Of a stretch of 32,000 nucleotides of DNA, positions 9,011 through 17,055 are shown in pieces (position 1 is the stretch's first letter; each line of letters starts with the position of its first letter). Position numbers and translations under genes: made by a program. Source of the stretch: an uncultured archaeon (GTDB lineage: Archaea; Asgardarchaeota; Thorarchaeia; Thorarchaeales; Thorarchaeaceae). The stretch lies in contig CAZYLT010000013.1 of NCBI GenBank assembly GCA_964648855.1, positions 30,001 through 62,000 on the forward strand. The letters are read 5' to 3'. The notes under the pieces were generated by a model. The model worked only from the letters and a program-made list of their open reading frames with translations. It was not told the origin of the DNA and did not search any database.

Positions 9011-10117
9011 TCATCGAGAATGAGCTTGGAGTTCTTCAAACGGTGTATCCACAACCCACTGTCGACCAGTTTTCCAGTTGTTCTTCGACTCATTGTAGTT
9101 CTCTGGGTAGAACCAATACAAACACGAATGCCCTCCTACTGTATCCATGGTAAATACCTGTAGCCGGGGAAGAAGATGCCAGAGAGAGTAGAATAGATGA
9201 TGTTCGTGAGATGGAGGCATGCGTCCCCATAGAATTACACCTCCTGATTTCAATAAATCAACTGATAACGGAAAGGGAGGAGCACTCTTGAAAGAAAAGG
9301 CATTGAAAAGCTTGTTTCTATTAACGTTGTCGGCTTCATCACAATAGAATAATTTCGTCGATACAATATCAAATTGCGACCTATCAATTTGTGCTCTCAC
9401 TGACTCGATGTGGTTTTTCATGATGTCTATTACTTTCCTACTCGTTGAACTCTGAGAGATAGAATATTTTTCTCGAAGATTCTTCTGACTGATTTTCGCA
9501 TTTGATGTAAGATCCCGTAAAATCTTCAAGTCAATCATGCTGAATTCGCTGACTCTTCCCAAATGATTTGGTTCAATATCAGGCAGTTCATTAGGTGAAG
9601 ATGTGATTTCCTTCGACCATGAGGTCCAATCATATTGCCAAGACATCGTATCTGGTTGATAGTGGTCGAGATTTGTGACCGTGGTAGTTCTGTGGCCAGA
9701 ACTTGGTTCGACGACCACGTTGTCACAGATATCAATCTCCTTGAGTTTTGAGAGAAATTCTTTAAGATTGGCAACAGCAGATGCAGGAATATCAAACTGG
9801 GCAAAAATCCCAGGATAAGGCCCATATATACGCGATCGATAATGAGTATAAGGGTGAATGTCGCACGCCTTTTCGAGTCGTTCGATTTGGCGTAAATCGC
9901 TAGCTAGGAAGAAGACGATGTATCGATTCAAACCCAGGCTTGTCGGGTTGAATACAGCGATTGGGGCAGATAAGACACCTATATCTTTTAGGTGTTGCAG
10001 GTGTTTTTTTGCCGTTATCCAACTAGTTCCTGCTTTTTCAGCCAGCTCTCGTACGGACATAGTTGGAGCTAGCTCAATTAACTGGAGGAGTTTGATATCT
10101 AGCTCTGAGAGACCCAT
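9011..10117 (-). CDS. Tandem (duplicated) Lrp/AsnC-like HTH transcription regulator
   Basis: Two HTH starts, LSELDIKLLQLIE..MSVRELAEKAG and FSMIDLKILRDLTSNAKISQKNL, each followed by an alpha/beta effector-like region. Confidence 0.8.
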   Translation of the reverse strand: MGLSELDIKLLQLIELAPTMSVRELAEKAGTSWITAKKHLQHLKDIGVLSAPIAVFNPTSLGLNRYIVFFLASDLRQIERLEKACDIHPYTHYRSRIYGPYPGIFAQFDIPASAVANLKEFLSKLKEIDICDNVVVEPSSGHRTTTVTNLDHYQPDTMSWQYDWTSWSKEITSSPNELPDIEPNHLGRVSEFSMIDLKILRDLTSNAKISQKNLREKYSISQSSTSRKVIDIMKNHIESVRAQIDRSQFDIVSTKLFYCDEADNVNRNKLFNAFSFKSAPPFPLSVDLLKSGGVILWGRMPPSHEHHLFYSLWHLLPRLQVFTMDTVGGHSCLYWFYPENYNESKNNWKTGRQWVVDTPFEELQAHSR

Positions 10118-10212
10118 TCTACATCACATACGATTGATTGTACATTTTTGAATATCATTAGTAGTGTTCTTACCGCATTATGATTTTGGGGAGTATTCTA
10201 TATCATAGAATC

Positions 10213-10707
10213 TCATTCACTGACAACCAAGAAGCCACATGGATCCGCATCTCCCGAGCCGCCCGGAGGGTCAAAGACATATTCCGCATATCCACATGCG
10301 ATGCCACCTGTGTACGAAACAATTTCAACCGAGAATATGTAATCTCCTGATTCAGTTGCATGGTCAATGAAATACATCGTACAATGTAGAAGTTCTAAAC
10401 GGGTGCTGATAACATAGGCGTAAGTATACTTAGTTCCTGAAGGCAGTGTCAAAGATGGATATACGTCGAGATTGTAACGCATCCCTCCATCCAACTCAAT
10501 ATCGAAGTACGCTACAACATCATCAGCATAGCCATCATCATCTGCATCAGTATAATTTGCATGAAGTATTGAGAGGCTCACAGACACCTGATTATTAGTG
10601 CTACTTATGGTTGTTGAAGATGCAAGAACTGATGGAACTCCATTCACAATGCATAAAACCACCAAGAGAGCAAAGGACATACATACGGTTTTTCTAAATC
10701 GGGTCAT
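10213..10707 (-). CDS. Small secreted beta-rich protein with DxDxDG Ca-binding motif
   Basis: Hydrophobic signal peptide, DADDDGYADD motif, alternating beta pattern and AGGAG RBS. Confidence 0.75.
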   Translation of the reverse strand: MTRFRKTVCMSFALLVVLCIVNGVPSVLASSTTISSTNNQVSVSLSILHANYTDADDDGYADDVVAYFDIELDGGMRYNLDVYPSLTLPSGTKYTYAYVISTRLELLHCTMYFIDHATESGDYIFSVEIVSYTGGIACGYAEYVFDPPGGSGDADPCGFLVVSE

Positions 10708-10835
10708 AGAAATCAGACTCCTAAAGGAGAGATTGAATATAAATTCTATGACAGTTTTCTAAAGATTTAACCCATAGGCAGATTTAGGCAATCATCTGAT
10801 TTTAGTTGTGTCAAGGAGATCATGCCTTAATTGAT

Positions 10836-10873
10836 AAAAAGAAAAGGGGACGTGAGGAAAAACTCAGCGTCCC
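10836..10873 (-). terminator. Hairpin plus U-tract downstream of the PLC-like gene
   Basis: Minus strand reads GGGACG-C-TGAG TTTTTC CTCA-CGTCCC, then CTTTTCTTTTT, starting 17 nt after the stop codon. Confidence 0.65.
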
Positions 10874-10890
10874 ATGAGTTTGTATTGTAC

Positions 10891-12201
10891 TTACACAGTG
10901 TAGGAGTCCGTAGTTTCCACATTCAGGGTGGAGTCGTATGTGCAGTCTGTTTTCACTACGTCCACGACGGATACTGTATGGGTCCCAGCAGCCACATCAT
11001 TTTGAGTGAAGGTAGCCACTCCGTTGGAGTCGGTGGTTGCCATCAGTGTGACCATACTGCCATCAGGATGTGTCCAGTCGATTTTAACATCAGCATTTGA
11101 CACAGCATTTCCATTTGTGTCAACAATTGTAACAAAGCAGTGAAGGTCCGTTCGCGGAAATCGTCCACGAATTATGTCTTCATCCCAGGATATATCCTGA
11201 ACATATATTGTTGACGCTGAACCATCCCCATCTCCACTATCGCCTGTAACACCAGCTTCAGTAGAGGCGTGATAAATCATCTTGCCAATTGAGGTAGCGC
11301 CTAGCTGCATAACCTCCACATTCCAAGAATAGAGCCTGTCAGTGGTTCCTTCTACTGTAATACCGTGGTGGGTTGTACAGATTTTGTTATCGAAACCATA
11401 GACGATTTCTTCTAGCACTTCTTGGTAATGGTCGCCAACATCTTGCCCCTCATACCCACTGGTCCGTCCATCTCGGTCGGATCCCATATTAGCGTATTGA
11501 GCACACCATAGTGCCTCATCGTGAGCAGAATTATTGACAAAACTGATTGTGATGTCTGGACGGATAGCATTGAATTCGTATTCGTAAGCCTCATACGCGC
11601 GCGTGGTTGATTTCTCATGGCAGCTATGATAGCTCATTCGATAACTATAGCTTCCTACTCTTCCACTGTAGGTCTCATGCTCCTTCCCAGTATCGGTTGC
11701 ATCATCATCAGTATGCATGGGATTAGAGATATCTGCCAGATAATGTGCAAGGAGTCCCATGGATTTTCGAGCATCCGAAGCGTACGAGGAACCACTTACC
11801 TCACCCTCATTCACCCAATACGTCAGATTCCCCACTACCCAATCATAACACGTCTGGATTGCTTCTGGAGCCCCTCTATCGGGGGGTCCCCCTCTATAAC
11901 CGTAGTCTCCAAAATCATAATTGTGGTTTGACCAGTCCTGATATTCCATATCAGGCACCTCGGTCCAGTAGAGATACTCCGCCATGTCTTCTTCTAACCA
12001 AGTTACCAGATTAGGATAGTCCTGCTTCACGTAGACCATTCCATATTTAGCAAATTGGTCATGTGTTCCATATTCCGGGTCGTCTTGTGTTCTGCTTGCT
12101 CCTCCATTGCTCCAAGCTTGGGCATTAATAACCCCAAATGCAAGGGGAATTAGCAACACACACAAGAATAGACCTAGAACAAACCTGTTTCCAGTGTTCA
12201 T
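10891..12201 (-). CDS. Secreted zinc-dependent phospholipase C / S1-P1 nuclease-fold enzyme with C-terminal Ig-like domain
   Basis: Signal peptide ending AQA|W gives an N-terminal Trp. Zn-ligand motifs YGTHD, PD..Y.D..NH, HYLADISNPMH and HSCHE. C-terminal TTDSNGVATF Ig-like domain. Start set at ATG 12201. Confidence 0.85.
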   Translation of the reverse strand: MNTGNRFVLGLFLCVLLIPLAFGVINAQAWSNGGASRTQDDPEYGTHDQFAKYGMVYVKQDYPNLVTWLEEDMAEYLYWTEVPDMEYQDWSNHNYDFGDYGYRGGPPDRGAPEAIQTCYDWVVGNLTYWVNEGEVSGSSYASDARKSMGLLAHYLADISNPMHTDDDATDTGKEHETYSGRVGSYSYRMSYHSCHEKSTTRAYEAYEYEFNAIRPDITISFVNNSAHDEALWCAQYANMGSDRDGRTSGYEGQDVGDHYQEVLEEIVYGFDNKICTTHHGITVEGTTDRLYSWNVEVMQLGATSIGKMIYHASTEAGVTGDSGDGDGSASTIYVQDISWDEDIIRGRFPRTDLHCFVTIVDTNGNAVSNADVKIDWTHPDGSMVTLMATTDSNGVATFTQNDVAAGTHTVSVVDVVKTDCTYDSTLNVETTDSYTV

Positions 12202-12442
12202 TTTTTCATCCTCCCGTACGCGAATTTGAATTCGGGTCAAGTAATGACTCCATCAATTCCAACTTAATAGTGTACCCGTCGGTTGTATGTTCGGTAATAT
12301 GAACGCGCCCAGTCCAGTCTTTGGGTATAGTATATACATCATTATATAAAGGAGTTAATAAAAAACCCAAAATATATTAGATGCCGAATGAGCAACTGGA
12401 CAATCTGATTTGATTAATCGGATAGTTATACAGGTGAAAAGA

Positions 12443-13483
12443 ATGAAAAAGAGGTTCTTCGCGGGAACGGTAATCATCTTCTTAGTTGTGGCCATCATGC
12501 CCGTTGCCACTTATGCAGTGGCGGTAGCTGATGATGGATTCACAATCTTCCCTGGCCCACCAAGCTGGATTGGTGGCGGGGATGATACCACATATGATTG
12601 GGAGGATGATGATCCTGAAACCCCGTGGGGCATTGAACGAGTTTTCAATGGAAACTATGATGGAGATCAATATACTGCTTCAGTGCAGGTAGCCATCCTC
12701 GACACTGGCATTGACCTAGATCATCCAGACCTGCAACCCAATATTGTCTGGTGGGCGGATGCGACGGGGAGAGGGGATGCAGATGACAAGCATGGACATG
12801 GAACGCATTGCGCTGGGACCGTTGGTGCCATTCGTGACAACAATGGAGTAGTGGGAATGTATGCAAACGTTGACTTCTATGCAATCAAAGTCCTTGGCAA
12901 CGGCGGTAGCGGAGATTGGGCAGACCTGAGCTATGGTATATATTTAGCCAGTCAAGGACCAGATGGCGTTGAAGGTACTGACGATGATGCTGACGTGATA
13001 AGCATGAGCTTAGGTGGCTCTTCTGCTCCAGAAGAGGTTCATGATGCCATTATACACGCATACAATCTTGGAATTGTATTGGTAGCTGCGGCTGGTAACG
13101 ACGGAGATGGAGATCCGTCAACCGAGGAGATTTCATATCCAGCTGCCTATGCCGAGGTAATTGCAGTGGGTGCCACAGAAAAGGATGACAGTGTTGCCTC
13201 CTTCTCTAATACTGGATCCTATCTCGAGGTTGCTGCACCCGGTGTGAGTATCTACAGCACATACAAGAATGGTGGCTATGACACATTGTCAGGCACCTCA
13301 ATGGCATGTCCGCATGTTGCTGGACTTATCGCGCTAATCATTGCGATAAATGGCAAGATGCCCGTAGGAACATTTGATGATACCAGTGATACCACAATCC
13401 GAGGGTACCTGCATAGTACAGCTCTCGATTTAGGACCAAGTGGCTGGGATCCAGCCTATGGTTACGGTTTGATTCAAAGATAG
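12443..13483 (+). CDS. Secreted S8 subtilisin, Tk-subtilisin-like
   Basis: Catalytic ILDTG, HGTHCAG and GTSMA; oxyanion AAGN; PWGIERV; C-terminal PVGTFDD...DLGPSGWD..YGYG. AGGTGA RBS precedes ATG 12443. Confidence 0.96.
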   Translation: MKKRFFAGTVIIFLVVAIMPVATYAVAVADDGFTIFPGPPSWIGGGDDTTYDWEDDDPETPWGIERVFNGNYDGDQYTASVQVAILDTGIDLDHPDLQPNIVWWADATGRGDADDKHGHGTHCAGTVGAIRDNNGVVGMYANVDFYAIKVLGNGGSGDWADLSYGIYLASQGPDGVEGTDDDADVISMSLGGSSAPEEVHDAIIHAYNLGIVLVAAAGNDGDGDPSTEEISYPAAYAEVIAVGATEKDDSVASFSNTGSYLEVAAPGVSIYSTYKNGGYDTLSGTSMACPHVAGLIALIIAINGKMPVGTFDDTSDTTIRGYLHSTALDLGPSGWDPAYGYGLIQR

Positions 13484-13503
13484 GTTTCCTAATCCGTACC
13501 AAT

Positions 13504-13554
13504 GGCACAAGCTGACAGAGCGCGGTATGTTTTTGCTTGTGCCTTTTTTCTTTT
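13504..13554 (+). terminator. Hairpin plus U-tract downstream of the subtilisin
   Basis: 9-bp perfect inverted repeat ggcacaagc/gcttgtgcc followed directly by TTTTTTCTTTT. Confidence 0.7.
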
Positions 13555-13742
13555 ACTCTTAAGAGTAACAGATTCAATTAGTTCACAGAGTAATCGTTTG
13601 TTTCCCATGCTATGAGAGGACAAACCTCAGCTTAAACGCCAGCGGTGCATATCTTGTTAAGTCCTATAAAAAACCCATTTCAGGATTGATGCATTAGGTT
13701 AAAATAGTGGATGCGTAGCTATAATTTTCAAAGGTGTTTAAG

Positions 13743-13964
13743 ATGGGTAAAGGACTTGCAGTTCTGGGATTGATTTTGATTATAGTTGGTCTTCTGCCAA
13801 TATGGGCAGTCTACATTGGAGCGTATGTAGATTTAAGCATGATACTTACATACTTCAATCAAGGAATATATTCGCTGAATCTAGCAGGATACACATTCAC
13901 AGAGGTAATGCTAGGACTTACTGGTTTGGGTGTTCTTCTCCTAATCATTGGTGCAGTGAAGTAG
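13743..13964 (+). CDS. Small two-TM membrane protein, hypothetical
   Basis: Two hydrophobic helices; AAGGTG RBS before ATG 13743. Confidence 0.7.
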   Translation: MGKGLAVLGLILIIVGLLPIWAVYIGAYVDLSMILTYFNQGIYSLNLAGYTFTEVMLGLTGLGVLLLIIGAVK

Positions 13965-14401
13965 ATCCCTCAAAACATTTGCATTGGAATTATCCCTATT
14001 GGGAATTGTCAAGGCAGGGGATTTTGAGAATTCGATCTTGATTAGTAACATCATAGGTTCTTTCAAGGTCCGGCTATTCAGCGGAATTCTGCTGAGTGAA
14101 CCAATTATTCAAAATCTTTGAAGGCGCTCTCGTTTGATATGCTGGACTTTCAATTAGTCGTTCCAGTGTCAGGGAGATCTACTATCAAAGCAAATCATCT
14201 CACCCTGCAAGAATCCATGACAATCTATTCGACTGTGCAAAAGTATATAGCTCCAACCTGTTTCTTTCACGGACTAAGATTGCTAATCCATTTTCTATTG
14301 AATTACTACAATAGGTCAGTCCTAAACTAGCTTGGAGATATGACATCATGTATTCCGTCCACCCAAGACTTATTCAAATTGCAGTCAGCTAATCAATCTG
14401 G

Positions 14402-16891
14402 CTAGGGCCAATCGTATGGTTTTATCTCAGTCCAATCAAACCCTTCAGAAGGCCCTGAAATGAGAACAAAATAGTAGAGTCCTGTATTATAGCCCCGAAG
14501 CTGTAACACCGGATCGCTAGGAGTCACCAAGAATTCTTCGATGACTGTGAGATTGGAAGACAGGACCATCCCCCAGAATTCTCCATTTGTGAGCGTTTCA
14601 GATATGAAATCGAACGCGGTACCAGATTCGATATAGATATAGCCCTGCAAAGGCCCTCCAGAGGGGGCCCATGGATTTGGTTCCCAATGATATGTATCAC
14701 TATCATTCATCGGATTGTCTGCATTCGATGGTAATTCAGTTGTTGGGGTCACTCTCAAACTGATTGAAACATCTGTTTCATTAAGATTCTCTTTGATAAA
14801 TATGAGCTTGGTAATAGATGTGGGCCCTGCATCAGGGTCAATAACATATCCTGGCCAAGTGCCATTCACGATTTCAGTGGTATAGGTATCATTGCTTCCG
14901 TCAGACCAAAAACGCAGAATTGTGATATTCCAATGAGTATATCCCTCAGTCCAATTCAAAAAGACAGAGAACGCTTGTGAACTGTTTACCTCGATAACCT
15001 CATAGACAGACTCTCCAGGCTCCAATTGCATCGTATCACCAATTGTGTCATTGTTATATGTCATCTCAATGCTGGGAATGAGTCGCATTGTTATCCGCCC
15101 GTCCACAGGTCCTTCTGTCACTGACTTGACTACCCAAATTCGCGATATTGGCTTGTCCAACGAGGGATCAATGAAGAGTTCACCACTCAGTGTAGTTTCA
15201 TTCAGTTTTATTGGGATGCTCTCATTGGTTCCATCCTCATAGAAAACAAGAGCAACGATAGTCCAGTTTTGTGCAACCCCACTATGATTCAGCTGGATTC
15301 TGAAGGATGTTGTATTGGAAACTTCAATCTCCTCTATGACTGCACCGCCGCCACCTTGCACACCCACTGTGTCATTTAGGCGGGTGCCCGTATAGTTTAG
15401 GCGAATATGGGGCGTATATATCGGAACACCATTCGCATGGTGAGAGTCAAGAAGAAGCCAGGTGAGAAACAGTCCATAGAGCTCAGACCATGTCATGTTT
15501 AGGGCTTGAGCAAAGGCATCTTTCGGATCCACATTCCGAGGGTCTCCCATGCCGTAGTACTTCGTGCGATTGAAGACCTCTAGCAGTGTTTCAGTGCCGA
15601 ATGTTTCATTGATGAATTTCGTAAAAAGAAATGCAGCCATATATGAATTCCATGAATGATCCCAATCGTGGAACGCTCCGGTGCCATTGATATCTCGAAA
15701 GTGATCCAACCAGCTCAATGAACCTAGTCGATGAGCCATTTCATTCCACTCGGTCATGGTCATATTAGGATAGTTCCTGAGCATGGAGTAGACAGCCCAA
15801 AATTCTGCCATTCCCTCATCCCACCAATAATCAGGTTCATGCAGAGGATAATATGAGCCCCCGCTAGAATCGGTTCTACGTTTGAACTGGAATAAATGTA
15901 GAAGCTCATGTTCACCGACAACTTTGAGCTCTTCCTTCGTTGCATCCCTTCCGACTCTGATAACTATCTCCCCATTGCTATTAGATGACCCCGTAGATTC
16001 GGGGCTACGACTTCTAACCAATCGAATCTTGACCTCGTTACCAGCAGCGGTTGCTGGGTCAGTGAAGTTATGCTCCCGGAAGAAATTCAATGAGAAATTG
16101 ATGTGTTCTTTAACGAGCGCCACAACAGATGCGTTGACCCCAGGTCCTGCCGTAATTGTGACATTCTCGCCCCGATTATCTCCTGGACGTACTATCCCAT
16201 CTGGTTCTTCGACTACCCTGATACCGTTGTAGATGAACACTTCTTCACCACCGTATGTACCAGTGGTGGTCAGAATTTCTATGTTCGGCTCACCTGGTGT
16301 TGCTATTGTTGGTATCCATGATTCTGAATAGCTATCCTCGTTTCCCATAAGGGAGATTGAGTCTTCCTCTGAGGAGGGAACATCAATACCTAACTCGGAA
16401 TCGGTCCAGCCCCCAAGCACTTGGTCGCCATTACCGCCGCCATATCGCATGAAGCTAACGAGTTTTCCTTCCGAATCATGAAGGCCGACCTCATCGCCAG
16501 GAGAATCAAGAATTTCAGCTTCGTCAACATAAATTATGACTTGTCCATCACTAGCATCCAGATCATCCGTGCCCTCACTCCAAGAAACTAAAATGAACAG
16601 AGAATCTGAATCGCCGCTAAATTCGGGGAGAATGATTCTATCGCCATCATAGGTTGTCAGAATCCAGCCGTCCATATTATCATATTCAGTGGGAGCATAA
16701 AGCTCCACAAAACCATCAGTCGATTCGGTTCCAGGCCGGACTTCATTAATCAGAACGCCCTGATACGAAGTCGATTGTTCCTCAACTAGTTCAATAGGGG
16801 GACTTATTCTGCCCTGCAACAGCAGAATGTAACTTGCAGAAGCAATCCCGATTACAATGATTATAATAATTGCAGCGGCAGGACGATTCAT
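14402..16891 (-). CDS. Membrane-anchored lamin-tail-domain plus gluzincin metallopeptidase with C-terminal beta repeats
   Basis: N-terminal TM helix; LTD motifs VLINEV..FVELY..GW.L..GDEVGL..TPGEPN; HELLH and downstream WWDEGMAE; two similar C-terminal modules; many NxS/T sequons. Confidence 0.85.
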   Translation of the reverse strand: MNRPAAAIIIIIVIGIASASYILLLQGRISPPIELVEEQSTSYQGVLINEVRPGTESTDGFVELYAPTEYDNMDGWILTTYDGDRIILPEFSGDSDSLFILVSWSEGTDDLDASDGQVIIYVDEAEILDSPGDEVGLHDSEGKLVSFMRYGGGNGDQVLGGWTDSELGIDVPSSEEDSISLMGNEDSYSESWIPTIATPGEPNIEILTTTGTYGGEEVFIYNGIRVVEEPDGIVRPGDNRGENVTITAGPGVNASVVALVKEHINFSLNFFREHNFTDPATAAGNEVKIRLVRSRSPESTGSSNSNGEIVIRVGRDATKEELKVVGEHELLHLFQFKRRTDSSGGSYYPLHEPDYWWDEGMAEFWAVYSMLRNYPNMTMTEWNEMAHRLGSLSWLDHFRDINGTGAFHDWDHSWNSYMAAFLFTKFINETFGTETLLEVFNRTKYYGMGDPRNVDPKDAFAQALNMTWSELYGLFLTWLLLDSHHANGVPIYTPHIRLNYTGTRLNDTVGVQGGGGAVIEEIEVSNTTSFRIQLNHSGVAQNWTIVALVFYEDGTNESIPIKLNETTLSGELFIDPSLDKPISRIWVVKSVTEGPVDGRITMRLIPSIEMTYNNDTIGDTMQLEPGESVYEVIEVNSSQAFSVFLNWTEGYTHWNITILRFWSDGSNDTYTTEIVNGTWPGYVIDPDAGPTSITKLIFIKENLNETDVSISLRVTPTTELPSNADNPMNDSDTYHWEPNPWAPSGGPLQGYIYIESGTAFDFISETLTNGEFWGMVLSSNLTVIEEFLVTPSDPVLQLRGYNTGLYYFVLISGPSEGFDWTEIKPYDWP

Positions 16892-17055
16892 GTGGATAGC
16901 CTCAAGCACTAGCTATTATTTACTATAGTTAACATGATATAACACTTGCGTTTAGACCAGTAACATGACATCTGCAAGTGAGTGAATCAATTTTCCGCAT
17001 CCATTAGTCTGGAGAACATCTATGCACGAAAGGCAAAGCTTGAGTTACTTTAGAA

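Noticed and set aside
14118-14330. 70-aa plus-strand ORF
   Set aside because: TTG start without an RBS and no recognisable motif.
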